64,000 bases of DNA from Antedon mediterranea. Taxonomy: Eukaryota > Animalia > Echinodermata. A program made the translations under genes and the position numbers. The notes beneath the pieces are model-generated. The model was not told the origin of the DNA and did no database searches. It saw only the letters and a list, made by a program, of their open reading frames with translations. Positions within the stretch are counted from its first letter, which is position 1. Every line of letters begins with the position of its first letter. Shown one piece after another: positions 28,918 through 43,655 of this stretch. The DNA lies in the NCBI RefSeq assembly GCF_964355755.1, contig NC_092680.1, positions 12,657,045 to 12,721,044 of the forward strand, given 5' to 3'.

Positions 28918-28978
28918 CTCGTTTGATTACAGAATGATGATCACCGTATATGTGCTGCGATGTATCGTCATGCGCAGT
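28918..28978 (-). CDS. TFAP2: TFAP2 exon 3 (61-bp mini-exon)
   Basis: tttttttgcag| ... G|gtaag; TAHDDTSQHIYGDHHSVIKR matches the vertebrate 'SVIKK' exon end. Phase 0 to phase 1 bridges exons 2 and 4 exactly. Confidence 0.88.
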
Positions 28979-29048
28979 CTGCAAAAAAATAATAACAATA
29001 CATTATTAAATATAAACATGTAAAATTCACATCAATTTAAAATGGATG

Positions 29049-29340
29049 ACCTCTGTCTACACTATCAAACTACTTTGACTAAAAATAATGGCGATATACC
29101 CATTACATATCTGGTAGTGATTTATTTTATTTTATTTTATTCAATTTTCAGGCACAAAAATACATGACAACAAGACAGCGGTGCAGCACCCTGAGGATTG
29201 CCATGAGTGCAAAGCACTATCGAGATGGCTCTCCATATACTGCACTTGAACATATAAGATGTGACATCATCAATCATGTCCATATATCAGCACATCACAT
29301 TTTTTCACATCACATAGAGTTTGATAGTGTAGAAAGAGCT
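29049..29340. mobile_element. MITE (TIR ctctgtctacactatcaaact), copy 1, with a nested retroposon 3' tail
   Basis: TIRs ctctgtctacactatcaaact ... agtttgatagtgtagaaagag; same family as 39755-39906. Extra ~130 bp (about 29121-29250) begins with (tttta)n. Confidence 0.75.
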
Positions 29341-29559
29341 ATACACTCAGCATAAAACAAATCATCAGATTAGAAAAGGAATTGGCAGACAATTGTAAAA
29401 TATCCTATTCTTCAAGTGGCCGTTTCGACACAATTGTATTAGTGCTTGGTCACTATTGATTGTCCAAATATCAAAAGAGGCCGATCAAGAGTCCCTAAAG
29501 GCGGTGTTATATTTATTTTAGTTTGTTTGAAGACAGAATGTTGTGTCTGAGTTGGTTTA

Positions 29560-30100
29560 GAACAAAACGTTTGTGGTGACGTTCATTTACAAGATGAATT
29601 CTTCATCTGCTATGAGGTGGCCATGATGATGGATTAGAATGCCAACTGACAATACGAATATTTAAATAACTACAAAACAATTCAGGCCTGCACACTATAT
29701 GAAACAAAAAGTATGCTTTGTTACCAGCCATCGTCGTTGAATTTGAAGAGCAAAAACAAATGTAAGAGTTGTTCATACAGAAGAGTTCGTTAAATGAAGT
29801 AGCGTACTGCATTGTGGGACGGATTACGACTACTGGAAGCCAAATGCAATTTGATGTTTGTCATATTATTGCAATTATTCATTATTATGCAAAAAATAAC
29901 AAAAACAATTAAACATCGTTTACATTTAGAATTCAACGTCATCTGTAAAAATTGACACGATGTGTGAACCCTGATTATTGAAGTGGACAGACGGAACACA
30001 GCACGGTCAATAATTGTTAAAATGGCTCGGCCCTCGGGTACATATCGTCTGCGACTTCTTTCACCAAGAATTCGATTGTGTCTATTGCTAGTATACAGAA
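29560..30100 (-). mobile_element. Highly decayed LINE reverse-transcriptase remnant
   Basis: Scattered minus-strand motifs QMTLNSKCK and VIRPTMQYA in the order expected for CR1/L2 ORF2; boundaries uncertain. Confidence 0.4.
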
Positions 30101-33100
30101 AATTAAAATATCTAGTCTATAGGATATTTATTTGTGTAATAAAAATAATAGGTGTGTTTGGGTGAATTGATTTGGGTTATGGGATGACCATTCTAGACAA
30201 TTGTTTTGTTCTGTTCATTTTTATACACGTATATGGAAATTGTCGGTGAGTATAAGGAAGATACATATTGAAAGGGCAACCTCCACCAGGCTCAATGCTA
30301 TTACTTCCTATTCCATTTCGGATATTACCAATCGAAAGCTAATGTGATTCAGAAGATGTTAATTAACAAAATGACTTCTACTTGTTGATTTATCTCGAGA
30401 AGACCGAGGAAAGCCTGTTACTTGTAATGGATTAAATACATGCAACTCGAATCATTTCGCACTTCGCTCTCATCCATTAATCTGTACATTAAACATATGC
30501 CTTGTACATGTCGTATTAGGGGGACTTCCGATTTAAATCTCTTTAAATCCACTTGCTTAGTTAGTGGGATAGTGTAAGGATGTTAAACCGCTATCAGTGA
30601 AGCTAAACAAGGGAATACACTCGCAATGTCTTTCAACAAACATATTCCTTGAACGACGACGCATCGGGTTAGGAACACACAGAGTGTTTAGTTGTAATAA
30701 TAATTACCGTAATTAGTAAATAGTAGCTGGTAATTACCAAAACATTGGTTCTGACAGATTCAGAGTCTGTTAGAAGAACTATAATGGCCATTAGAAAGAA
30801 AACTGGTTGACAGTAATTTCACACTTAGGAATCATACACACTTGAACTTGAAGAAACTTGTGAAAAATCTCATTCGGATATAAATTACGCGTAACGATTA
30901 TTCACAAACTAACTATATATACATTTAGACATAGATTATTAAAATCAACTGAAATGAACATTAATTCTATACAAATTGCATAACTGAGTCATCTGCCCTA
31001 CTTTTCTCTGCTCACAATTTACATCAATTTGAATACACTGTAGCTGCTACATCAAATTATATAGGTTTTTTAGAAATCAAAATATTACGAAGAGCACAAT
31101 AGATTCTATTCATACTAAAATATATTTTTGTTTGGAAAGCTTATAAATAGTTATTTTTATCCTATTACATTCTAAGCTGTGTCCTGATGTAGGCCTATGA
31201 CCAGTTTAGCGTTCAAGATCATATTAACTAAGACAACGGATGTGAGATGCAGTATAGAACTTTATAGTAATAGTTCACCAACTAAAATAATGCACCCGTT
31301 CCGTTTTCACGACGTACCATATGACAAGCTAGCAGCGATTGAGTCTACCAGTCATTCTGCGCATGATCACATGTATCTTACAGAATAAAGTTAGTAACCT
31401 TAATATTGGATTGCATTTTCGGAAATTAAAAATTGAATATAATATAATAGCCAAGACACGTAATCTATCAATAGAATAGCTTTATAATATAATAATACAG
31501 GTGCGATTTCAAAGGGAAAATAGATGAGCTGAGCTTCTTTTATGATCGACAAAAATAACAAGCAGGCAGACGAGTATCGTTGATGTTTTCAAAAGGTTGA
31601 ATCAGTTGTGTTTTGTCTAAGATGTGACAGATTTGTAATGAATAACCTACACATCCGTAGCCTCTTATATACCAGAAGAAAGGAGCGCCATTAGGATAAT
31701 CGATAGAAATAAAACATGGATTACGCGGCAAAGCTGCAATAACGTTCAGGCACTTGGCGTCATGATGAACGATGGAAACAAATCGTTTCTTTTCATTTTG
31801 AACATAGTGCAACGAACGACTCATCGCAATATTATGAAAATAGGTCATCGTAGCAATGGTTTTTAGTAATTAAATAAATAAAACATCATTGAATTCAGAA
31901 TAATATTCATATATCTCCATTTTATTATGTTTACACTTTGAACGGGAATCAACAAGGTTGTGTGTACTTGTACCGTTGATTGTAAACTGTTGTTATCATC
32001 AGGGAGATGTAATATCCATACTATTGGTTGGGTGTTATGTTATAACACTTTAATTAAATAATACTGTAGTTAATGCATCGTTATTTTTGCCTACATCTTT
32101 ATAAGCATGTTTATAGATTTACAATCTTACCATAAAATTGTCAAAAACAAGTACTGACAATAATCGATGGTTAATTAATAATATTTAAAAATAACAATAA
32201 TATTTATTTCCCCAAATCGATAATGAACATAATAATATAAAGAAAGAAAAGAAATATATAAGTGGAAAAGGGACGCCACAGATAAAGCAAGCTTTAAATT
32301 GTTCGGAAAACCTTTAGTTTAGGGCGTAAAACTGAATTGCGTTTTGGCAAAACTTGTTCTATACGCAATGACATACAGAAAGGAGGTTCACGAGCGGTTA
32401 TGTCAAAGTTGGAGATGAGAGAACTGCAACGATGCAGGAGTCCCGTGGAGAAAATAATGATCAGTCAGACAGTGCGTTATTTTCATCTTCCAGATACCAT
32501 CTACAGTTCACTGAACGATATGCAGGAATATGTATGCAAGCTATGCTACATTATGGCATACAATCGGTACAGGTTGAGGAAATTAAGCTGCTAGGTTTTT
32601 TTTATATAGTTGCATTATTAAATACTTTATTGTACTAAATGTACTGATCACTATACAGGAGACAACGTTTTTTAAACACACCTCGACTTATTCGACTCCA
32701 ACTTTCCCTGTTCGAACCGCAGTGATACTTTTCATTAGTTATCTTTTCCATTATGCATGCCTATGCTTTATAATAATGTTTTTTTTATATATATACAAGG
32801 TCTATTTAATACAATAAGCGTGTAATAACTTACTTAGCTAACAATACGGAAGAGTCTACAGCAATTACTTCCTGTTATTAATATTGTAGTACAGTTTTAT
32901 TATCATTATCTAGGCCTTTGATATATCTATCGTATATTATTACTATATCGTCTTTTAAACAAGTTCTATGCCGTGTACATTGATGGATATCACAGGCCTG
33001 GCGGATGTGTACATGAAAAGATATGTCTCATCATATCGGTGTTTTGTGACCCCCATACCTAGGCCTAGTGTACTTTCGACAAGCTCTTTTAACTTTCTAT

Positions 33101-36100
33101 TTCATCAAGCGAGAGAATTCATCACAAGTGGGGCTGGTGTAGAGTGATGCCCTCGTACACAATCCTGCCACCTATCAACAACATCAACAGTGGTGTACAT
33201 TCAACACACTTGCATCGTGTAAACACTGGGACAGAATAGACCATGACGTGGAAAAAGCGGTCTAATTTTAATGAGGATTGATGTAATAGAAATAACAGTT
33301 TAGTTCGTTATTTTCCGAGATGACTCCATAATTTAATTTACTGATGCTAAACTTGATTATTCCATTTCGCCTTTGTTCTCATTTTAAACTAGGACTAGCA
33401 TCAGGCCTAACATAGGTGAGCATTTATTGTTGTGTTCTTATGCCTATTTTGTTCCTAATAAAACTTTAGTACTATAACCTATGTTGTTGTATAACAATGT
33501 GCGAATCGAGAGTTTAATCATCAACGAATTTTCACAAACAAACCTCGTGTGTGCTGATTGTTATTAACTAGAAACTACATTAAAAAATAAAAAGTACACT
33601 CACTCAAGTGATAAAAAAGAATATGAGATTTTAAATGGAGGATAATAAGAGATTATAAAAGTGCTTTAATTCCTGTGTTTAGGATCGATAAAATCTGCCT
33701 TAGGCAAACTCGAATATTTATGGTTAAAAGTGTCGACTTTAACACGACGTCGGGGCTTTGAGGAATCCCATGGCTTTAGTTAATGGTGTGAAAATCACGA
33801 CGCGTTAACTCCTTTTCTGACGCGCTAAGGGTAGGTTCAACCAACGAGAGAATCTCAAATGATTTTTAACGTACTCGGCACTCCATTCGACTAAAATCAG
33901 ATAAAATCTTCTAAGTAATGACCGCGTCTGTAAAGTGATTACCATGGCCTTTGTAATTAATGAATTGATTCTGTTAATTATTGAGAGTGTTTAATCGATG
34001 GGAAATGATCGAATTTAACAACAATTATTACAATCGTCATGGCGAAGAGCAAGCTTTCATTGTAGTAGCCTACCTTATACTTATAATTAATTGAATATCT
34101 ATATACCTGTATATATATTTTAAACTAGGGGCAACGAACCGCCATTAAATCAGTTCGGTATTTTAAATTATTATTACAAACTAATCACTTCGTAAATGTA
34201 TTGGTGTGTATGGAATGGTGGAATATATTTCTGTCTTGAAAACAACTTGCTATTTAAAAGAATTGTTAACAAATTTAATTTTATGTAATCAGAACAAACA
34301 TAATTTACATAATATCACGTGACTTTAACCAATCATGTTAAAATTATTACGACCATATATTTAAAAAAAACAATGTAATTGAAGTATATTTAAATTGAAA
34401 AATTATTGCTAAACATAGTGGTTATCATAAATATGAATCAACCTCGATCTAATCATGTACACAAAGAGGCTTCATCAGAACTTAAACTAAAAATTCTAAG
34501 CATCAAATATTTTCTGAACGAAGATGCGTCTCCTTTTGATTACCCTAGAAAGGTAATTAGTGAGATCGCAATTATTGCAATCGAACCGGCAAAGTACATA
34601 CTTTGTAGGTGAACCTTTTTTTGATGTCGTCGGCTTGCCATAGTGCATGGATATTACAGGGAGGTGACGTAACTCATGGGAATACTGATGCATAGGAAGG
34701 GGATATTCTTTGTGTTGAGGTAGCATGTCTATTCCCCAACCTCTGTACGCTACGCGCACGGCTGCCTTTTAAGTCCAATGGAATATCAATTTTGTCCGAT
34801 AATTATGCACCATAGTCATTTATAATGGTATTAAAAATATAATCATCATCAGAAACATCATCTGATAACATTATGAAAAAGGAATAAAAACTGATGCATT
34901 GTAGGGCCTATATTAGTTTTGATTATTATATATTATATATATTATTATGTAATTTACTAAGAACTTTTACAAGTATACATTTAAGTATTGTCTTCGTACA
35001 AGTAAAATAACCATAAGGTTTGCAAAAATCAGCCCGTATGTAAATTGAACCATGATGATAAACCAAAGGTTTAGAACGACATGAATTCCCGGCCAAATTG
35101 CATCATTTACGCTTGGTTTACACTAGAATAAATGAAGCAAAAAGCAGGGCTAGTGTTACTGAATTTATCGACCGTTTTTAGACTATAAACATTCTCGGCC
35201 GACTGCCAGGACGAAATGACAGTCATGTATACGTAGGTTAATTTCATTAAAGGCTTCTGTGATAAATACATTACCAATGATAGTGTAAACGCATGTCTAG
35301 CAGCAGCTATCTAATTAAGGTTAACTTCTCGTGTAAACGACGCTTAACTTAATACGATGTTGCATACCTCTTACTTAGAACAAATTAAATAAAGCACTCT
35401 GGCAACAGAATATACGGGACAATTATGCAATGTGAACAATTGCTGTTTAGTTTTAATACATGTAAAATGTAATATGTGTGCGGGATCTTTGTACACTTAT
35501 TTAGTGCTGCTAACATTTGGCCACGATCATATCACATTCAAATCTTTTCAAATTCAAATTGTTTTTGTAATTTTTTTTTATTTCTTTCCAAATCTCGTCA
35601 CAATAAATGGATTACTGTTCACCAATTCGTTTTTCTTTATGACTTATAAGATACCCAATTAACCGAACATCATTTTACCGTTTGTTTTTATTGTTTACAG
35701 CGTAACTTTTGTTCCGTTAATTGTTGAGCTACAAAACAATTAATGTTCTTATTGTGTAAGTGTAACAATGTAACACTCATTTGACAGATTATTCAATCGT
35801 ATTGCAAGAGAGTACATTTGTTGTCACCAGATTTACCTTAGTACAAACGCCCAAGGCTTTAGGACGAGATACAAAAACCAATTGTTTAATAAGACCCTTT
35901 AAAAGTGTTGTACTTAAAAAAACAGAAACGGTTTTTAAACTACCTATAGAGTAATACTTAGTGGTTAATTGTAACGCAATTTGTTGCATTACAAGCTAAT
36001 TCAAATGATTTAATTCCCTTATACTGGTTTATATCATCATCGAGATGTATAATTCCAACCACAGATGTACGACCTGGACCCGCCCGGTGGGAGTTATTTA

Positions 36101-39100
36101 AGCAGGCTTGCCTAAAATTAAACCTTAAACTAGGTTGCCTAGCTTAAGTTTAAACTGAAAAGAAAATGGTGCGACAGATCGTCGCAGCAAACGTACATTG
36201 CTATCACTAACAGAAGCTTTATTCCCCGGAGAGAAACCCACTGACGATCCTATTGTCATGTTCTTTGCGAGTCTTAATTCAAAATCATTCCATCAACACT
36301 ATTATTACTCATAAAGTTGTTGTTATGATAATGAGAGAGCTCCACGAATATAAGAATTAATTTTCTTTTTCTGAATGGTGGTGTTGGTGTACTAAATAAT
36401 CTTTTATCCTATAGCAAAATGGCTGGAAAGATACAAAGTGGCTTTTATAGCATGTTACATTGTTCGCCAGCGACTCGTCGTTTCGTTATGGTTTCTTATG
36501 TATCAAACTGATATCATGACCTATACCATACCTATACCATATTCAAATATGAAACAAGTTTAACAAATATAAGGTCTATCTGCTAATTATTACTGAATAC
36601 AAAAAATGGAATTGTTCACCTATAATTAAAAGGCTTATTAAAAAAATTAATATTGTTTAAATATTCTATTTAACAAGAAGAAAAGCAATAAATCGGTAAC
36701 ATCTTAACAAAATAAATACAGAAGGAAAAGCACAACAGTGCGTGAAATGCTTACTAAATGAAGCGAATAGTTAATGTGCTACATTTAACACAGTAATAGG
36801 CCTAGAACACATTGGTATGCTACTGCATAACGATGTGCTGTGTTTCATGTTTGCTGGAGATTTTTCAATTAGGTGAGATTTTTCTCTATAGCCAAGTTTA
36901 GAAAATAAATAATGCTTGTTTCTGTCGGTAGATCCGTGATTCACACATTTTACTAGATTTTATGGACAGCATTGTTCTGTTCCTACACAATGGTACGAGG
37001 GACAATTTGCGACTAATACTTTGATGCTGGTTTTCCTTCTAACTTCCACACAAACATAAAACAAATCTTCTACAGTTGATTTTATACGAATACGTTCAAT
37101 CTAATTTTTTTTTATATTAATACATTTTAGGCTGGGGATTTAATAATTGCAGGGGAATTTAACTCTTCCCTGATAATTGCAAAGTCTAAATTGGCTTTTA
37201 GTTGTCGTCGTATTGTAACACAAACTTGTGAGATACAACAGAGATGCAAAATATTATTATGATATTACTCAGTCTAACGGAATGCGCATCTGAAATATTG
37301 GAACAGCTAGAGACTGGAGGTCAATGACATGAGTTCATCCACACCTACCCCCGGCTGGGAGAATGACCTAGCGACCCTGCCTCAGTAGGGGGATGCAACA
37401 CTAGTATAGAGAACGTGCCTGTGAGGCGAAAATACCGAGGTAGTCGGCAAATCAACCAATTACATCGCACTATCTACAAACTCTCATCATAACAAAACCT
37501 ACAACATACGATCGTGCTCTGTGGTATTATAATAGGGAAATTGAATAGCATTTTGAAGTTTAAAATTTAACTTTTAGTAGGTAAATAACACAAGTATAGA
37601 AATGTGCACTTCAGTAACATATACCGATTAAATACCACATCTGATAATTTGACCACGCCCTCCAAGGGAGGTCTAAGAATGTGTCAACAACAAAAAGCAA
37701 GAAGGATGAGGATTGTCACAGATCATTGTATATTCCATCGTGCAACATTTTATACTTAAAATTGTGCCATCCATTGTGTTACCATCATGCCAAAGTTAAC
37801 GTTACTCATTTTTTAATTGTTAAAAATAATTGTGAAAATTAGTTAATGAATAATCAACGTTAATGTGTATTGATATAATTTAAAATTAATAATTAAAATT
37901 GGCATTGACATAAATCAACTATAAATACGCTTTTAATCATCGGGTATACATCCCAAGATGGTCTGTTTTAGCCAATAATCTCATTCCAGGGACGTAGTGG
38001 TGGGAATGAGTCGGGAACATCACGGAGTATCAGAACACAAGGTGACGTGGATCTGATCGAGGACAGCAAATTATAACATGAACAATCTATCTTAAATTTT
38101 AACTAATCTTTAAACGAAGTAAACGAATAAATGAACATATTATTATGATTCACTTAAACTTGAAGTTTATTTTATATTTATATATTTAGATGGTTATATT
38201 TATCCTTGTGCCTTGATATGCCCCTTTTACTTTGGCTAGTCCTTAAGGTAAGCATTTGTTTTATTTTATTATTTTATTGTATTCGTAATGTTTGCCTTTT
38301 GTTTTATTGAATAAAAGTGGTATAAGTGGTATTCTGTTGCTTATATACTTAATGAATTCAAAACATGTGTTTCGTCTTGGAGTTACCCCTTTTATTTTTA
38401 TTTTAAAATTATTATTTATAATGTCTAACGATTATTGTATTGTTATACAATGAAGGACAATTTAAGAAAATATGAAATTAAATTGTGCTGCTGGATCGGT
38501 TTTATGTTTGTACATTCTAATGACCGTGGATATTATAGTTGCTGGCCTATTTTGAATTTTTGTACTAAGTGAATTAAAAAAAATCATTATTCGTTTAAAA
38601 TGATATCATAATACTAAATATATCTGTTATAATCTAGCGTAATAATAATAATCATCTTGAAACGCTGCATATACCGGTTACAGGGTTCATACCATGATTA
38701 TGTTATCAAAGTATTATCTACAGTATATAATTCATACATTATTAAAATATGAATCTCTTTAAAATTCACGCCGCGTTTTTAATTCATACTGACGATTATA
38801 GCGGATTGTGTCACCCAACATGCACAATCTGCGAGTATTTCATCGGGTTAAATATATTGCCTTGACTGGTAAGAATGTTCGTCGTCTTACTTTGAATTAA
38901 CGAAACGCTTGATAAATGGTATAATATGACGTCACGAGTCTGGAGACGCATGTCATCGGGAAATGCTGCGTATAATCGGGAAATGCGTACTTGAAGTATG
39001 GAACGCCTACTTCATTATGAAACATTCTAATCATTCGTACGTCTTATTCGTCTACTGTATTGGATACGTTAGTATAATCATAATAAACACGAAATAATTT

Positions 39101-39754
39101 GTATTATATGAGTCGAGAGATCACGTCTATATTGGGAGTTTAATAAATACAGCAATGCATATTTGTAGACTTAACAGTGTTGATTGTACAAGTACGGTAC
39201 TGATACACGTTTGATAACTGTAGGACTGTATAATGCAATATACATTGTATTCCGTTAATAGCTTTGTAATCAATTCAAATTATAACGTACAGGATCCAGA
39301 AGATTATAATAAATTATATCTTATTTTACTGCATTTATATTGAAACAACATGATATTTTTAGAAGCGCAAGTTTCTTTTCTAATTTCAAACATTTTCTTC
39401 GAAATTTCGTTTGAGAAAATATTTAAAAGAAAATCATAGTTTGTTTCAGGACAATTATTAATGAGACCAATATTATTGGTTCTTGAACAATATTGCAGAT
39501 ATAAATTGATTAATTGTTAACTAAACGATCTCGTAATTCATTACCGATACTTAGGCTTAGACATTTATTATTTTAAATTCTACCCCGCGGGCTTGAACTT
39601 GCCTTGTCGTTCTTTGTAACGCACAGCCTACGATTTTAAATGAGCCTTAAAAACAAAATAAATTGTCTGTATCATTTGGGTGTTCTGATTTGTTTTCTCC
39701 AAAGGTCGAGGGTTAACATACAGTGTAAAAATCACTTCACGCCATTAATTCTTA

Positions 39755-39906
39755 AACTCTGCCTACACTATCAAACTAGTTTGAAAAAAATGCATGATGT
39801 GCCCAAATATAGTAGTGATATGCCCAGATATGGTAGTGCACATCACTACCATCATCATGTCCATGTATGGATACATCACATAAAGTTTGATAGTGTAGAC
39901 AGAGCT
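39755..39906. mobile_element. MITE (TIR ctctgtctacactatcaaact), copy 2; TWA flanks suggest PIF/Harbinger
   Basis: tta|aactctgcctacactatcaaact ... agtttgatagtgtagacagagct|taa; internal gatatgcccaRatatRgtagt repeats. Confidence 0.78.
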
Positions 39907-41305
39907 TAAGTTAACATTTTCAGTGCCGTCAAAACCAGCAAGTTACATCATCAAGAATATAATTTAAGTGAAGATCACTTTATTAACTATCTTTGTAATT
40001 ATTTTATCATAAACTGCAGACTTGCATTATGTCAAATATTATATCTTTTTATAAATACAATACAATCTTTATCGTATCCAGTGTCCGTTTTTGTTGCTCC
40101 AGTGTCAACACAAAAGTTTATACGTAATCAGCGTCACGTGATTAATTAAGGTTAACATTGTTTATTGGTTCCGAAATTAGTAATTAAATGCACTGGAACG
40201 AATTGTATGTCTTGAAGATACTATTATTTCCACCGCCTTGCTTCTATTTACTGTTAGTTTTGTTATTCTTATATATATATATTGTTTATTGCTTTTTGCT
40301 CCATGAATGCTTAACTACTGAAAAAAAGTTTAACTGTGTTTTATAGCCAACTTTTGCCAAATTCTGTATTTAAAAAACGTATCGAAGAAACGCTTATGTT
40401 TTTTGTCATTATTTTTTATACACATTTTAGTTATTTACATTTTACCAGAAATTATTTAAATTCATGACTGGACTGTAACTGCGTTCAGATTACGTAATCA
40501 ACACAAATTTATACCAGAATGATCCCCACGCTTTAAATCTATGCGTGTTTTGCTACATTTATGATTTTAAACAACGTACTAGTTTGACATGCTCTGATAT
40601 GACAACAATATGAGGTCAAACCAATAAGTTGACCTATTTAATGATGCGTAAGGGGAAACATGATTTAAGTGTTTTAACATACTTTATATCAATCAGATAC
40701 AAATTAGCATTTATACCAACATGCTGTATTTTACATACTATTGAGTAGAATCTATCGTAATTTAATATTGAAATTGAGAACTTTAAAAAATAAAAATGTG
40801 CTCATATAATAAATCAAAATAGTATTAGTAGGCCTATTGTAAACAATTACAGTATAATATTAATTGAAAACATTTTATATAGGCCCTATTAAACTTTAAT
40901 TATGACATGTGGTCTGTTTAATAATTTTAAAGCCATCCACAGATTAAGTTGAGCCCACCCGACTGTTAGCAAGTTGTAGATAACAATTATTGAGTTACGT
41001 AAAACTAGAACCTACTAATAACAATTAATTACACACAGACATCAATCTGTAAGACAATTACAGGCAACTTTATAATTAACAACGTACTGAGGTTGTGTAA
41101 TCTATAATCCGAATAGCAGATAACAAGGGGGGTGGACAAGGAACAGAAACAATGGATGCATTGTACAATGAGAAGATATTATCTTTAAAATGGTGTAAAA
41201 GACAACACGGGGGGAACATCTGTTTTTTAGCTAAAACGGCGGGACACAATAAACGGTGTAAAACTTCCGATAAACAACAGGTATCTTGAATTCAAATTAA
41301 AAAAC

Positions 41306-41336
41306 ACCTGAACAGTTTTTAAAAAACTGTTCAGGT
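41306..41336. repeat. Perfect inverted repeat (15-bp arms, 1-nt spacer)
   Basis: acctgaacagttttt-a-aaaaactgttcaggt. Confidence 0.9.
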
Positions 41337-43655
41337 TTTTTCCTTAAAAAGACCTTTAAAAGTAAAAATGTGATCATTCGTATTGCCATCTGAAATTCTA
41401 TACACATTACAACATTTTTTATCGCATTTTTATTCATACCAAATCGTGTCGTTCAAATATTTTTATCCTGTTTTAGATTTAATTGTATTTCCAAACAGAC
41501 AGGAGGAAGTGAGTAAGAAGCATAAACTTCTGGTGAAGCGTTAAGGGACTTGATACAATTAATTTAAATTTTGGCAGAATAAATGTGATAATCAAACAAC
41601 ACATTTTGTTTCTTTTTGTTACACATCGCATAATAAACATTTTAAGCTATCCAAACTTGGGAAAATCTTTTTTTATTTAATTTAAACATGTTTATTGCAC
41701 CTAAAAAGTTTACATTATTGTTTTGATGTTATGTATTATTTAGAACTTTGTGGCTTTTGTTATTTGTTTGTAAAATGGATGCACCATTAACTGATAAATG
41801 TGTGCCACCGATATAAAGGTGATTCCTATGAATAAATAAATACAAAAGGGTTCGCACCCAAATTTAATTGACAAAGTCAAATTATTTAAAACGCTTTATC
41901 AAAATCATAATTATAATTATTAACTTAAGTCACTTCAAGGTAAGGTCTAATTAATAGTTGAGTTATCTGCGTCTTTGAGGTTGCGACTCAACAATTATCA
42001 TTATTTATGAAATCTGCTGCAATATACATTTAGTAAACTATCACAATGACCGAATAATAAGATGTAATATGCACGAGTTTTATTATTAATCTGAAAAGGT
42101 CTGGATTCGTACACGAAATGAACCTTCCTTGTACAGAATCTATTATAGTTTATCCTATTATTAAGTACAATACAACGGCCTTGGTTTATTGTTAATGACC
42201 GAGTTGTAAAACCTTCCTAGGTTCTGCATGATATCAATCGAAAATAATAAAAATAATAAACTACGGAATATAATTGAAAAACACATGAACTGACTGTAAA
42301 ATATACCGCTACAGTACAACGTATTTGTGCTTTTATACGAATACGGTGCTCACTTTAATAATGTACATGTAGTTTATTGAATATAGAATTAAATTTATTG
42401 AAATGATTCAATAATTTGAAAAATTTTCTGATATGATTTAAAATTTTGAATTTCCATTTTGTCGTTTTTAACTGAATTTATTCAGAGCGACAACAAATAA
42501 ACCACGTGATTCCTTGCTTGCTATGTATATTTGTACTAATTTATGGTGTTACGTTTAATAGAGAAGCAATGAAATAGTTAACATACATACTTAAATAGAC
42601 AAACATTATACTGTCATTCATTGATGTTTAGTGTTATCTACACCATGTTTTGACGATTGTCGATATCAAAGAGGAATATTAACAAAAGGACGGTTTGTTT
42701 ATGAATACATCACATTATGTGTATCATGCAACTATGTTAATAATACGTTTATTTCTTATCGTATACAAAAAACAAAAGGTTTTAAAACAATATTTGACAT
42801 AAACGAATTTCAATTTATAAAATAATAAATATATTAATTTTTATCAATATAATATTAACATACGTAATATTAGTTAAAAGCATTATTGAATAACCTAAAA
42901 TACAGACATGCGCAAACTGGGTTCGTATACCACCATAATGGCAGTTTTACATTTTATTCTAAATAGTTAGTTCTTTTTTTTGGGATTAAATGTAATCGAT
43001 GTGGTTGATTAAATTAATATTGATGACCACTGTACGGTTTTAAATGGACATTACAGGACAAACGTCGTATAGGCCTTATATAATATTACCGTTAAATTTA
43101 TAATTAAGCCTAAATAAATTTAAGCAAGAAAGAGGCGTTAAAAACACCTTAAAAAATTAGTTTTACGCAATGTTATAAGAGCAGTTTAGTAGCTCTATAT
43201 AGTTTGTTTCTTTATTGGATTTTAGTGCACTTTAGAAAATTGCTATTTTCAGCAAAACCTCTCCGCCTTCGTCTTATTCTAATTACGGCGAATGAAAAAT
43301 TTGTGGACGATGATTGTTATTATGATTAAGACGCGCAGCGGTCTTATGATTACCTAATACAATGCAGCCCAACATTATATAGACAATATTAAAACGACCA
43401 ACAAGTACAACGGCTTTGATGATTGCAATGACCGCATTACTCTGGATGAATATTGAATATACAATTTGCTACGCATCAACGTATTCAACTCATCAAATTC
43501 AATCAAATCTTTTGTATGGGAAATTACGTTTTCGAATTATGTTGTATTTTTGTTCACTGGTACAATAAATCGATGATTATTTTTATATAAGAAAACATAA
43601 ATTATTACGAATTATAATGGGTGGAAAATATAAATTAAATAATAAAGAGTCTTAC

